Origin: a virus
Lineage: Duplodnaviria; Caudoviricetes
DNA: 64,000 nt
Strand: one strand, 5' to 3'
Virus record (IMG/VR): IMGVR_UViG_3300027533_000013
Coordinates: 32,001-96,000 of that record
The notes under the pieces are model-generated. The model did not search any database and was not told the DNA's origin. It saw only the letters and a list, made by a program, of their open reading frames with translations. Below are positions 26,397 through 36,962 of the stretch, piece by piece (the stretch's first letter is position 1; every line of letters starts with the position of its first letter). The translations under genes were made by a program, and so were the position numbers.

Positions 26397-26593
26397 AAAT
26401 GCTGATCGCTCATGGGCATCGTCTTGCGGACATCTGGGGCTACTCGATGAGAGCGGTACAGGTGTACGCGGATCTGATTGTTGCTCGTCAGCAGAGTGAG
26501 TTGCATGCGTTGACGGTAGCGATTCGTCATTCGCAGGGGACTGACCAGAAGATATTTAAGCAGTTTCTGGAAAGTTTACAGGGAGACGACTAG
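26282..26593 (+). CDS. tail assembly chaperone -1 frameshift extension (lambda T-like)
   Basis: The -1 frame is open from the A-run through MLIAHGHRLADIWGYS to TAG 26593. Confidence 0.65.
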   Translation, partial: KKSERVVIRGDNSVAKAQRKRRTVDPTDAFSDGLATSVEMLIAHGHRLADIWGYSMRAVQVYADLIVARQQSELHALTVAIRHSQGTDQKIFKQFLESLQGDD

Positions 26594-29500
26594 ATGAGTA
26601 ACGGCTCGTCCTCCGCGATGGAACTGAAAGTTCTGATCAGTGTGTTGCAGAATGGCACGGCTCTGCAAACGATGCTGGGTCAGGTCAATCAACTTTCTCA
26701 AGCTCTTTCGGCACTCCAACTCAAAGCAGCCACGGCAGGCGTAGCAGCGGGGGGTATTGGTGGGGGCACTGGGAACACCGCAGCGGCAATAGCCGCAGCC
26801 AATGCCTTAGCGGCAGCGTCAGGTAATGCAGCGGCTGGAATTACTGGGGCAGGGGCGGCGGCAGCGGCTGCGGCTCCTAAGATGTTGACACTTGAACAAG
26901 CCGTCAATAAAACGTGGAGAGCTATACAGTTTTTAGCTGGAGGGTTTTTAGCTTACCAGAGTGTTCGGTTTATAAAAAACATTGCAGATGTTGCTGCAAG
27001 AACAGAAGTTCTGAATACCGTATTGCACGTGGTGGCCCTCAATGCCGGGTATACGGAACAACAGATCGATAAAGTGTCCCGAGGTGTCCAGCGTTTGGGC
27101 ATCACTGCACAGTCAGCCAATCAATCGCTGACGCAGTTCCTGCAAGCCGGGTTGAAAATCGAATTCGCAGAACAATTGGCCCGAGCGTCACAGGATTTGG
27201 CCGTTGTTTCTGGGATGGACTCGTCGCAGACCTTCCAACGGTTGCTGGTCAACATTCAGCAGTTGGATACGTTGGGCCTGCGGCATATGGGCATCATTGT
27301 TTCCCGCACAGAAGCCGAAGCGAAGTTCGCAAATTCGTTGAAGACGTCAGTCAATGCTCTGTCACAGCGGCAAAAACAGGAATCCTTGATGATCGCTGTC
27401 ATCGAGAAGGCCCGTGGGCTGGAAGGAGCCTACGAAGCCGCGATGGGGAACGTCGGCAAGCAGTTGACGTCGTTGACTCGGTATACACAAGACTTGCGGA
27501 GTGAAATTGGTAAGCATCTGTTGCCAGCGTATTCCGCCATCATCTCGGAACTGTCGTTGTTTTTGTCCAAGATGCAGGATCTGGCGATTGCTAGTAGTAC
27601 CAATATGGATTGGGCTGAAAGGCTAGCCACGGTTACACGAACACTGGCGCATTGGTTTTTTCAGGTTGTCGAAGTCATCATCAAGTACCGTCAAGCTATT
27701 TACACCTTGGTTGCCGCGTACGGAGCGTACTGGGCTATTGTGACGGGTCGAGCGATCTGGGCACATCTCATTACGGTCGTTACAACGCTGACGACGAGCG
27801 TGCTCAGTTCGGCTGAAGCTATTGTGAAAGCGACACGAGCGACCTACGCTTGGATTGCCGCGTTGCAATTGTTACGAGGTGCTCAAGCGACTAATGCTGT
27901 CACACAGACTGGGCAATTTCTGTTGTTTCCCATTGAAAAAGAAACTCGGTTGGTTACCGGTATTAAGTCGGTAGTGGGGTGGCTGAAGACACTCGGTCTG
28001 TGGTTACTTGAAGCCAGTCGAATTTCGTTGGTGCTACGTGCGGCATGGGCGGGTCTTGTTCCAATTGTTGCAGGATTGGGACTCCCATTGATTGGATGGA
28101 TCGCTGGCATAGTTGCGGCAGTAACAGCATTTGGAGCGTTTACCGTTGCTCTGGTGAAGTTCACATCGGTCGGAACGATGGTGTCTTCGGTCATCGATAA
28201 GCTCAGGAATGCTTTTAGTGCGCTGACGAGGATTGGTATTGGTGACAAGACATGGGAGGTGTTGACGAACGCGGCAAACACTTTTAGTGATTCCATCACG
28301 CAACTGAAGATCAATATGGAAGCTCTGTTCAGGGTAATGGAGCAACTGCCCGGTAATCCTGTCAATAAGGTGAAACTTGGGCTGTCCATTATTGATCTGG
28401 CGATAGACGTAGAAATCGCCAAAATCAAGAAATTGATCGAGTGGCTTGAAAAGCTCGGCATTATTAAGGTCAAGGCTCCAGCCCCCGGAGAACGTAGTGA
28501 GGAATCTCTACGGCTGGAGCAGCAACTGAATGATAAAACGGCTGAATTGGCAGAAGCCAAAGAAGCTGAGGAACTTGCCAAAACGGCATTCGGAGCGGCT
28601 AATAAAGCCGGTAAATATTCAGAAATCAAGCGCACCGAAGAAGAACTAAAGAAGTTGTCCGAGGAAGTGAAGAGGTTGCTCAAGCAACGGGACGACCTCG
28701 TTGAAAAAAGTAGACAAACCGATCCTGAAGCCTTAGCAGCATCGGAAGCCCATGCCAGACGGTCGAAGTTTGAACAAGATTTGAACACTCTTGTTTCAGC
28801 GTCGAATGACGCCAAGACGAAGTTGTTGAAGGTCAATATTCTAGATGGCCTTATCACGACGAAAGAATTTGACGAGAAGCGTGGGCAATTGAAAGTGATA
28901 CTTGATGCCCTCGATAAGCTCCGAACTAGCGCGGCTCGTGCGGCAGGTATGGGGCGTACTGGGGCAGATGGAAGATTTGTCGCGCCACCGGGACAACCCG
29001 GCCTTACAACTCTCTCTGATGATTTACGAGGATTACGTGATCAGGCTTTGGCTAGTATTGAAGGAGCCAAAGTCATGTCGGGTGCTCCAGGCCTCATTTC
29101 AGATTTGAAGGGTTTTGATGAGGAGATGGCGAGGATACGACGCACCGTTACGTTGACGCCCAAAGATGAACAGTTGTTGCAGAATTTGGAACAGGTAGCA
29201 CGTCTGAGGGCAGAAGAAGGTGAACGCTCCGTATTGGCTCCGCTGACTGCGATTCGTAAAGCACGTTTTGAGGCTGTTGAGAAACAGTTGAGGAGCAGTC
29301 TGGAAGAACAGTTAGATATCCAAAAGAATGCGAATGAACAAGCGGAGACGATCAATAAAGAGTCACTAGAGCGTGGGTTGCTGTCCGTTCAGGAGTACTA
29401 CAACCGACGACGTCGAGCAGCCAGCGATGCGTATGGCATCGAATTGATGTTGGCGACTCAGAACGTCGAGGCGATGAAACGGAGAGTCGTTCAAGTTCGT

Positions 29501-30901
29501 GGTCAGGATGAACCAACACGAATTGCGGCACGGGAAGCTCTTGCAGAAGCTGAGCAACAACGTCGTCAGGTAGTAAACCAAAGAGCCACGTCAGTTACTG
29601 CGTTTGACGCGGAAGAACGTAACGCGATTTTGGCGTTTGATCGTAAGCGAACCGATGCAGCATTGGCGTCTGCTTCTGCCTATGGGAGTGAAACAGAAGC
29701 TCTGAATGCGTTGAATAATCAGTATCTGTTGCGGGTAGAGGCACTTGGTGGAGACATAGAAGCTGAGAGGATCGCTAAGGCCGAGTTGGTGTTGAACACG
29801 TTGAAGACGCAAATAGAGTTTGAAGAGCGAAGAACACAAGCTGAAATTGAGGCTACGAAAGCCAAATCGGCGTATTTGGACGTGTCACAGGCTGAAGTGG
29901 ATCTTGCCAAGCAAAGAATTGCCATTGGAGAAAAACTCGGTGCTCTCACCACGTATGAAGCGATGCAGGCGAGGAATGCACTGACTAACAGACAGATAGA
30001 GATTGATACGGCAAAAAAGGCTGGCAAAGAAGACGAATTAGCGCAGAAACGCCTGCAAGTGAAACAGGCGCAAGCGAATATCGACAAATTGATAACTGCT
30101 GGGTTTGCCGCTGACAACGAATTTATGCTGAAAGCGAACGCTGCATTGCGGCAGGCGCAGGCAGAAGTGTTGGGCTTGGAAACCGCTGTGCTCGGGCTGC
30201 AAGGGACCATTGAAGAAGGTCGAGCGGGTATTGAGAGCTATGGTCAGACACTCAAAGAAGATTTTGTAAAGGGGTTCTCTGACGCATTGACGCAGACCAT
30301 TACTGATTTCAAGAAGGCCGGGGACGCATGGATCAATTTGGGTAGGAGTATTTCGAACCAGATTGTCGATGTCTTTATGACCGCGTTCACTCAACGCTTG
30401 TTCGCCAAGATAGGTCTGTTTAAGTTTGTCGATGCGTTAATGAATCGTATTTTCGGAGGTGGTGGGGGTGGGGGTAAGTCGGGTGGACTTGGACTTCCGG
30501 GTGTCGTACCTACACCCTTCCTTGCTGGAGGTGGTCCAGTCAATGGCCCCGGCACAGGCACGAGCGATTCGATCCCGGCCATGGTGTCAGCCGGTGAGCA
30601 CATCATGCCTGCGTCGAAAGCCGCCAAGTGGATGCCCGTGTTGGAAGGTATCCGACTGGGCAGGATCACACCGGCCTTTGCACTGGGTGGCGTGGTGGCG
30701 TTGCAATCAATTGCCGCAGGACCAGTCATCCCAAGACGGTATGCCGGTGGTGGGATGGTTATGACCGATGCTGGCGCGTCAGCCGTGGTACCGGGTGCGA
30801 CCAACGGCAACATGACCATTGCGCTTCATCCTGACGCCCTGAACATGACGATGCGAGACTGGTTGGAGCATGAAGTCGTGCGTCAGCACGGGAGACGGTG
30901 A
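26594..30901 (+). CDS. tape measure protein
   Basis: 1435 aa, Ala-rich helical, hydrophobic middle section; C-terminal AGGGPVNGPGTGTSDSIPAMVSAGE. Confidence 0.9.
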   Translation: MSNGSSSAMELKVLISVLQNGTALQTMLGQVNQLSQALSALQLKAATAGVAAGGIGGGTGNTAAAIAAANALAAASGNAAAGITGAGAAAAAAAPKMLTLEQAVNKTWRAIQFLAGGFLAYQSVRFIKNIADVAARTEVLNTVLHVVALNAGYTEQQIDKVSRGVQRLGITAQSANQSLTQFLQAGLKIEFAEQLARASQDLAVVSGMDSSQTFQRLLVNIQQLDTLGLRHMGIIVSRTEAEAKFANSLKTSVNALSQRQKQESLMIAVIEKARGLEGAYEAAMGNVGKQLTSLTRYTQDLRSEIGKHLLPAYSAIISELSLFLSKMQDLAIASSTNMDWAERLATVTRTLAHWFFQVVEVIIKYRQAIYTLVAAYGAYWAIVTGRAIWAHLITVVTTLTTSVLSSAEAIVKATRATYAWIAALQLLRGAQATNAVTQTGQFLLFPIEKETRLVTGIKSVVGWLKTLGLWLLEASRISLVLRAAWAGLVPIVAGLGLPLIGWIAGIVAAVTAFGAFTVALVKFTSVGTMVSSVIDKLRNAFSALTRIGIGDKTWEVLTNAANTFSDSITQLKINMEALFRVMEQLPGNPVNKVKLGLSIIDLAIDVEIAKIKKLIEWLEKLGIIKVKAPAPGERSEESLRLEQQLNDKTAELAEAKEAEELAKTAFGAANKAGKYSEIKRTEEELKKLSEEVKRLLKQRDDLVEKSRQTDPEALAASEAHARRSKFEQDLNTLVSASNDAKTKLLKVNILDGLITTKEFDEKRGQLKVILDALDKLRTSAARAAGMGRTGADGRFVAPPGQPGLTTLSDDLRGLRDQALASIEGAKVMSGAPGLISDLKGFDEEMARIRRTVTLTPKDEQLLQNLEQVARLRAEEGERSVLAPLTAIRKARFEAVEKQLRSSLEEQLDIQKNANEQAETINKESLERGLLSVQEYYNRRRRAASDAYGIELMLATQNVEAMKRRVVQVRGQDEPTRIAAREALAEAEQQRRQVVNQRATSVTAFDAEERNAILAFDRKRTDAALASASAYGSETEALNALNNQYLLRVEALGGDIEAERIAKAELVLNTLKTQIEFEERRTQAEIEATKAKSAYLDVSQAEVDLAKQRIAIGEKLGALTTYEAMQARNALTNRQIEIDTAKKAGKEDELAQKRLQVKQAQANIDKLITAGFAADNEFMLKANAALRQAQAEVLGLETAVLGLQGTIEEGRAGIESYGQTLKEDFVKGFSDALTQTITDFKKAGDAWINLGRSISNQIVDVFMTAFTQRLFAKIGLFKFVDALMNRIFGGGGGGGKSGGLGLPGVVPTPFLAGGGPVNGPGTGTSDSIPAMVSAGEHIMPASKAAKWMPVLEGIRLGRITPAFALGGVVALQSIAAGPVIPRRYAGGGMVMTDAGASAVVPGATNGNMTIALHPDALNMTMRDWLEHEVVRQHGRR

Positions 30902-31302
30902 TGGCGAGACTTCAATTCAGTAACACGCTCCGCAACGCCCGAGTCAATCAGGTAGAAGCCACGCTGGGCACGTCACCCAAGCTCCGTATTCTGGCTGGAG
31001 TGATTCCTGCGAATGTGGCGGCGGCAGAGACAGGTCTGTTGCTCTGTGAGATGACGTTACCGTCGAACTGGTTGACCAGTGGATCGAGTGGAGCCGTCTC
31101 AAAGTCTGGGACGTGGTCTGGAGTGGCAGAGGCCGGAGGCATCGCCACACATTTCCGGCTACTCAAGAGTGACGACACGGTGCATGCTCAGGGTGATGTG
31201 GGCCTGTCAGGCAGTGTTTCGATGGTGCTCAGTCAAGTAGACATAGATGAAGGTACCACTGTCACGGTGACCACTTTCACGTTGACGGACGGCAACGGAT
31301 GA
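30901..31302 (+). CDS. tail-associated structural protein
   Basis: RNAR..G...LRI..G..PA..GIATHFRL..QGDVG, a motif common in phage structural proteins. Confidence 0.55.
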   Translation: MARLQFSNTLRNARVNQVEATLGTSPKLRILAGVIPANVAAAETGLLLCEMTLPSNWLTSGSSGAVSKSGTWSGVAEAGGIATHFRLLKSDDTVHAQGDVGLSGSVSMVLSQVDIDEGTTVTVTTFTLTDGNG

Positions 31303-31568
31303 ATCTTGACCAGACGATCTGCTCGGCTGTTGCGGTGGTCGTTACCCCGCAAATTTTCAACATTACAGGCCAAATGTTGGACAATGGCGGGTGCATTCTG
31401 TGCTTTATTGGGGAACCTCACAAGACAATTGATTGGCGACTTCTGGAAGGGCATGCGACCCTGACGCCTTTCACCACGTTTACTGACAAGCTCGGTCGGT
31501 GCTCGTGTCGGGTGGATGCTCAGGGTTTTGTAGAAACCCTTGTGATTGGTGCGGCTTACGTACTCTGA
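31299..31568 (+). CDS. hypothetical tail protein (Ig-like fragment)
   Basis: ATGA/TGATG overlaps; TFTDKLGRC is similar to TKTDADGYA in the next gene. Confidence 0.45.
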   Translation: MNLDQTICSAVAVVVTPQIFNITGQMLDNGGCILCFIGEPHKTIDWRLLEGHATLTPFTTFTDKLGRCSCRVDAQGFVETLVIGAAYVL

Positions 31569-32527
31569 TGGCACTTCGACTTCTCGCCACCTTCCCGTTC
31601 ATTGATGCCAGCGGCAACAAAGCCGCTGATATGACGGTGCAGTATTGGTATCCGGGGGTGGGGTTGCTGTGCTCTGGGCATTTTAGTCAGTATGAGTCGT
31701 CGGGTGTGCATTTGGTCACGTTAGATGGCGTCTGTCGCAGACGTATGACCCACAATCGGACGTGGAGTTGGTGGCCGTCGAGACAACGTCTGCTCTGGAT
31801 GAGTGGCGGATACGAGAGGATGTATGAACCCAAGGTCTTTGCCGTTCAGCAGACGCATCCTGATGACCACATGGAAGTGAATGATTCCATCGGGGCACAT
31901 TACATCAAGTTGTTAGATCGTCGGGTGTTTGTTAGCCTCGGAAGGATTCACCACATCGTACTGGGAGGCACGCAAGATGTGGTTGAGTCGGATTTGTTAC
32001 CGCTGACGAATCCTTCGGTGAGACCCGGTCGATCAGATACGGACATTTGGGTGCCGGGAACGGTGTTAGGGAATGGGGCCGGATGTTTCTACGATACAGA
32101 GATACGGAAGGTCGTATCTCCTGTCTACAACATCGGCATGCCGTGCGAAGCGTTGGTGTATGCCCCGGAATTTGGCGTGCTGGTGTCTGGTCATCAATTG
32201 GATGAGGATGAATCGCCACCTACGGGAGAACCGTGGACGTATTCTCTGAAGATTTGGGCACTGGAAGTGAATCCGACCCAGTTACTTCCGGTCGAAGTGT
32301 TTGACGGAGTGCCGAAGTCTGGACAGGTAATCACGTATCGCGTGCAGCTACTTGGCGATCAGGACGACCCAGCCGAAGGCGAGTTCGTGAACTGGTTCGT
32401 GGAGGGCAAGGGTTTGTTACTGGATGCCCAGACCAAAACCGATGCGGACGGGTATGCCATCGCTCGGGTGCAGTATCTCATCGGGGAGACGGGTGAATCG
32501 AAAGTGCTGGCGAGGGTCGCATGTTAA
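31568..32527 (+). CDS. tail-tip protein with C-terminal Ig-like domain
   Basis: Position; C-terminal GEFVNW..G.L....TKTDADGYA. Confidence 0.55.
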   Translation: MALRLLATFPFIDASGNKAADMTVQYWYPGVGLLCSGHFSQYESSGVHLVTLDGVCRRRMTHNRTWSWWPSRQRLLWMSGGYERMYEPKVFAVQQTHPDDHMEVNDSIGAHYIKLLDRRVFVSLGRIHHIVLGGTQDVVESDLLPLTNPSVRPGRSDTDIWVPGTVLGNGAGCFYDTEIRKVVSPVYNIGMPCEALVYAPEFGVLVSGHQLDEDESPPTGEPWTYSLKIWALEVNPTQLLPVEVFDGVPKSGQVITYRVQLLGDQDDPAEGEFVNWFVEGKGLLLDAQTKTDADGYAIARVQYLIGETGESKVLARVAC

Positions 32528-34323
32528 TGGAAGTCTTTCGGACAGCCCCGATTCCGTACCGGGTGTTGGGGGAATATGATGACCCGACCATTCTCGGGGT
32601 GTATTACAAGCCGAATAAGCCACCTTTTGTTGAGAATTTGCATTGGTTTATTGGCATGGCGGTACCGAGAGCATTTACAGACTCACTGGATGAGAAGTAC
32701 GCGACTCCGCACAGTCCAGAAAGTATCTACCTGTGGGCGGTGATGAGTCAGCGGTCATGGCACCCAGCGGGGAACGCCATGTGGCGATTTGATGCGAAGA
32801 CCGGAGCACTCATCAAACGCATGTATCCACGGTCTGCCCCTCTTCTTCACTATCTCGTATTTCAAAACATGTATACGTCCCGTAGGGGGAGGATGTGGGC
32901 GGTTCATCTCTACGGTAGTTCGATGCGTGAAGTGTTCTTAGGAGCAACAGCCACGGCATCGGTGGGCGATGAACCCGCAGGGAGAGGTGACTCGTGGACC
33001 TACGGCACGGAGATTATTTCGGATAACCGATTCAATATCTCGGGGTTTGGTGCGGCGGCTATTGATGATATGGCGACGACTCCTCTTTTCTTGAGTGGTG
33101 ATTCAACAGGATCGTTGCGTGTATTTGAATGGAACAGTGGGAAGTTTTTGTATTCGATTGAGATGCCACGGGGCATCACAGCCGTCTGTTTAGAAGACGA
33201 GCAGCGTTGTTATGTAATGCTGAACGACCAGACATTGGTCTTGGTTGATTACTTCCGTGGCGAAATTTTGGGAGCGGTGAAGATTCCTTCGTTGTCAGGT
33301 GCGAAAGATGGCGATGCGTGGGGTGGAGCCACTATTGCGTGGGATTCATTGTACCGTCGAATTCTTGTGGCGTGTCAACTGCCCAATGATCCGGTCACTG
33401 GGCAGGGCCAGTCCTACATCCGGGGATTCCGACAGGTGCCGATTCCGGTGCGGTTGACGACACCGATTCCACTGAAAGCGCCACGACAGGGCCGTCAAAT
33501 TCCGGTGCTGGTGCAAGCCGTGGGAGACATGAACGAAGGCGTCGGCGGATACAACCTCAACGTCACGGTGCAAGGCTCCGGGATGTTGATGGGCACGCCT
33601 GTGTCTGACCACAACGGAAACACGATTATTCAAGTGTTGTGTTCACAGTACGACGTGTATGGTTACGGTTACGACATTGATTACAATTTGCCAGAACCAC
33701 CACCCGGTCCCGGCCCGATTATTCCAAACTTCGCCACCACCACACAGCAGATTGGTATTGGCATGTTCGATGACATGGTGGGACCACGCATCATTAGCTA
33801 TACCGAGGAATTGTCTTCCAACGTGAGAGCGATTTTCGTGGACGATAGTCAGATAGAAGACCTCGTTCCTTCTCTGGAGTTGTCAGGGACGATAGGGTGG
33901 CCCGTAGAGATATATCACGACGGGTATGGACTGGACCCTGACGATGTACCCGGAGGCACACGTGGATTGGTTTTTGCCTACCCCACCGAAGGTGCAGAGG
34001 TTTCGACCAGTCTTCAGATCGTTCGAGCGAACATGAACGCTCTTGCGAATGCTGATGTGCCCATGGACATTGCGGTTGCCGCCTACTGCCAGTACCGTGG
34101 CCCCGGAGATTACGCACTGACGGAACAGAAGGTCTTGGACATGATGGCCGGGGTCTGGGATCTGGCTAGAGAGTTTCACGTAGGGTCGTTGTGGCTGTTC
34201 TCGAAAGCCCGTTTCCATGGTGAGGTGTTGGTGGACGGGGTAGATTATTGGCAATCAATTGCAACAGCGGTGGAACGCATGAAAGCCGCATCGGCTGACT
34301 GGACTCATTTCCCGGCTGCATAA
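32521..34323 (+). CDS. tail-tip protein (beta-propeller-like + Ig-like + C-terminal possible glycosidase-like domain)
   Basis: SGDSTGSLRVFEW repeat-like strand; SDHNGNT; Pro linker followed by an alpha/beta domain. Confidence 0.5.
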   Translation: MLMEVFRTAPIPYRVLGEYDDPTILGVYYKPNKPPFVENLHWFIGMAVPRAFTDSLDEKYATPHSPESIYLWAVMSQRSWHPAGNAMWRFDAKTGALIKRMYPRSAPLLHYLVFQNMYTSRRGRMWAVHLYGSSMREVFLGATATASVGDEPAGRGDSWTYGTEIISDNRFNISGFGAAAIDDMATTPLFLSGDSTGSLRVFEWNSGKFLYSIEMPRGITAVCLEDEQRCYVMLNDQTLVLVDYFRGEILGAVKIPSLSGAKDGDAWGGATIAWDSLYRRILVACQLPNDPVTGQGQSYIRGFRQVPIPVRLTTPIPLKAPRQGRQIPVLVQAVGDMNEGVGGYNLNVTVQGSGMLMGTPVSDHNGNTIIQVLCSQYDVYGYGYDIDYNLPEPPPGPGPIIPNFATTTQQIGIGMFDDMVGPRIISYTEELSSNVRAIFVDDSQIEDLVPSLELSGTIGWPVEIYHDGYGLDPDDVPGGTRGLVFAYPTEGAEVSTSLQIVRANMNALANADVPMDIAVAAYCQYRGPGDYALTEQKVLDMMAGVWDLAREFHVGSLWLFSKARFHGEVLVDGVDYWQSIATAVERMKAASADWTHFPAA

Positions 34324-35595
34324 ATGGCTGATTACTACATCGCAGTCGGGCCGACAGGCCATGTGAGGGGGTCGATTGCCCCTGATCCACAGGTGGTCAT
34401 CTTTGATGATGACCCACCGATTGAGATGCCGACGCATACGAATGCGATTGCCATCAGTCCTGATGGGCTGACCGCGTTGGTGCGTGGTAACGACGACCGT
34501 ACGTATCGTGTGTTGCGGACACCACCCGTCGCGTCACCACCGGAACCACAGGTGATTGATCTCGATTCAGCGGTCGGCACATATGACGTGGGGTTCCATC
34601 CAATTACGGGGGTGGAATATTGGATTCACGCCATTAACGCCTACAAAGTTGGTGGCGTCGAGAAGCCGGTTCCTGTAGACCAGACTGGTGACTACATCTC
34701 CGGTCAAGGATGGGTGCAGATTTTTGATTCAGGAGCGCCGGGGTGGACGGATCAGGTTGGGCGGAAGGTATTGGAAGGGCATTCACTGACCCGGTGCGTT
34801 CAACTCGGTGACTGGGTCATCGGCATGGAGACTGACCCACGGGGTTGGATTCTGCTGATCAATACGAGCACTCATAAGACGTACATTGCATGGGAGAACT
34901 ACACGCCTATCGGCCCCAGCTTCGTGCTGCGTGGTGGCCAGCCGGTGGCAGGCATCACGTTCCCCGGTGTGGAAGTCACACTGTTCCATGCACTCGACGG
35001 TAGCGGAGAGACGGTAGGTGAGGGTAGTACGCCCACGACGCCGACACTCCCCAATTTCAATGTGAACTTGCCGGGGTTGGCGCAGTGGCACATCCGAGTG
35101 ATTGCGACCGCGATTATCTATGGACCGGACCCCAAGGATATTCCCGTCATTCCTCCGGACCCCAAGAAAACAGGCATCTTGACGGCAGGAGGACCAGTAC
35201 CGGGACAACCCGATCCGGGAAGTGGGACCAACACTTACGGCCCGAATGAAATGCCGAACATGAAATACATCTTGGATCAAGTGCTGGCGACCAAGACATG
35301 GAATTTTACGCAAGGCGAAGAATACGACATGACGCAGCCGAACGGTCGAGGGGCGTTCACCGCCACCGCTGTTACGGCGATGCACGATGTGGATGCTCGA
35401 TTTGGTCATTACTTGCGGAAACCGGGGTACAGCCAATACGTACCAAGTGGTGGGTCGGTAGATTCCGTATGTTTCAAGAACGATGACGGCACCACACAAG
35501 AAGGCGCGGTGATTGTCGCCAACACCATTCAATGGGTGGCGAAGGATCGTGCGCCACGTATTGCTGAAGGCGAACTTGATTCGTGGTTCTACTAG
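34324..35595 (+). CDS. tail-associated protein
   Basis: 423 aa, beta-rich with Pro/Thr linkers, in the tail module. Confidence 0.5.
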   Translation: MADYYIAVGPTGHVRGSIAPDPQVVIFDDDPPIEMPTHTNAIAISPDGLTALVRGNDDRTYRVLRTPPVASPPEPQVIDLDSAVGTYDVGFHPITGVEYWIHAINAYKVGGVEKPVPVDQTGDYISGQGWVQIFDSGAPGWTDQVGRKVLEGHSLTRCVQLGDWVIGMETDPRGWILLINTSTHKTYIAWENYTPIGPSFVLRGGQPVAGITFPGVEVTLFHALDGSGETVGEGSTPTTPTLPNFNVNLPGLAQWHIRVIATAIIYGPDPKDIPVIPPDPKKTGILTAGGPVPGQPDPGSGTNTYGPNEMPNMKYILDQVLATKTWNFTQGEEYDMTQPNGRGAFTATAVTAMHDVDARFGHYLRKPGYSQYVPSGGSVDSVCFKNDDGTTQEGAVIVANTIQWVAKDRAPRIAEGELDSWFY

Positions 35596-35603
35596 AGTAA
35601 ACC

Positions 35604-36962
35604 ATGCACCATCGCGCTTGTAACAACAAGGGTTTGAGGTTCGACAGTGAAGGGCACACTGTCCAATACTCTGGTACTGGTGCGCTTACGACGGCTTCGT
35701 ACACGATTCACGTAACGCCGATTTGCCCTGACATGTTCAACAACATTGTGGGGTTTGGGTCGGCTGAAGACCCTGATATTCCGGAGTCCTTTGGCACGTG
35801 GTTCATCATGACTCCCGGCCAACAGCCGGTGCGTCCCACGGGCATTACGTGGCGGGGTCCGTACCCCGGTCGGTTCGCCCCTGATGGTGGGTGGTATCAG
35901 GGTGGAGAGGGTGGAGATCGGTCGGTGTACTGGGTGTGGAAGAACGGTGAACTTCTTGGGCCGTTCCCATCCGGCACGAATGATATTGAAGGCATTGCGA
36001 ACTTCACAGCGGGTGGTCCCGCTGGCTACACGCCTGTGTGGCAGGACCGAGGGTCACCGATCACAGTAGACGGTTACCGGATCGTGAAGTGGGCGCAGGC
36101 GGGGACGTGGTTCGTTGGGCAGCAGGGTGGTGACCACAATGATCGGTTCATCGCCAAAGCTCCGAACGGGGTGTGGTATCTCATCACGAATGCGACGAGT
36201 CAGTTTTTCCACTGCGTGAAGCAACAAGAAGATGGGTCACTACTTGTCGCGTGGAACGGTGACCAAGAGTCGTTCCTGTCATCAAAGTCTAACTGGCAGG
36301 TATTGAGCCAAGGTCCGGTGGGAGAGCAACCCGACGCCCCAGCAGGACCAGTCGTTGAAGACCTGTGGCAAGGGTATGGGGGGTTTGGACACATCCCCGG
36401 TGTGAGAACACTGGAAAGTGAAGGCACGTTCGATATCGTGGAAGCGGCAGAGACGGTGGTCACGTTCTCGATGCACGTGAAACCAGCCATCTATTTGACC
36501 CGTGGGAACGGGCGTATCGTGCATCCCATTCTAGGGTCGTTTGATTACGAAGCGAAGCCGGATGAGTGGGTAAATCTGGATGAGGACATTATCATTCCGC
36601 CACTGTGGGCGTCGTCTCAGGGCTTAGTCAGTACGGCAAACACGTTGTGGCAGGGGCTGCTAAAAGACGTGGTCGTTGAGGAACGGTGGAAGTCGCTAGG
36701 TGGGTTGGCGATGCCCATCACGCAGTTACGGATGCTGATTGCCATCTGGACGATGCCACTGGACCCTGACGTGGGCTACGTGCAGTGGCGTCCGAATTAC
36801 GTGACTGACCGAGCATGGAAAGTTCTGCCGGTGAATCTGACAGTGGGTGGTCAGGGCATGACGTTCGATGACGTGATCAACTACAAAGATGAAGACGGTA
36901 ATCCGATTGGCTGGGTGACGGACCCCGTGACGTTGTCGATGAAGATCGTGGAGATTGTGTAA
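35604..36962 (+). CDS. tail protein with C-terminal distal-tail-like domain (copy 1)
   Basis: C-terminal GRIVHP.LG..YE.KPDEWVN.D..VEERWK domain shared with the next gene. Confidence 0.55.
   Translation: MHHRACNNKGLRFDSEGHTVQYSGTGALTTASYTIHVTPICPDMFNNIVGFGSAEDPDIPESFGTWFIMTPGQQPVRPTGITWRGPYPGRFAPDGGWYQGGEGGDRSVYWVWKNGELLGPFPSGTNDIEGIANFTAGGPAGYTPVWQDRGSPITVDGYRIVKWAQAGTWFVGQQGGDHNDRFIAKAPNGVWYLITNATSQFFHCVKQQEDGSLLVAWNGDQESFLSSKSNWQVLSQGPVGEQPDAPAGPVVEDLWQGYGGFGHIPGVRTLESEGTFDIVEAAETVVTFSMHVKPAIYLTRGNGRIVHPILGSFDYEAKPDEWVNLDEDIIIPPLWASSQGLVSTANTLWQGLLKDVVVEERWKSLGGLAMPITQLRMLIAIWTMPLDPDVGYVQWRPNYVTDRAWKVLPVNLTVGGQGMTFDDVINYKDEDGNPIGWVTDPVTLSMKIVEIV

Noticed and set aside
16677-28857. Long minus-strand ORFs such as 16677..17624 and 27883..28857
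   Set aside because: They are antisense shadows of well-supported + strand genes, with no recognisable motifs.
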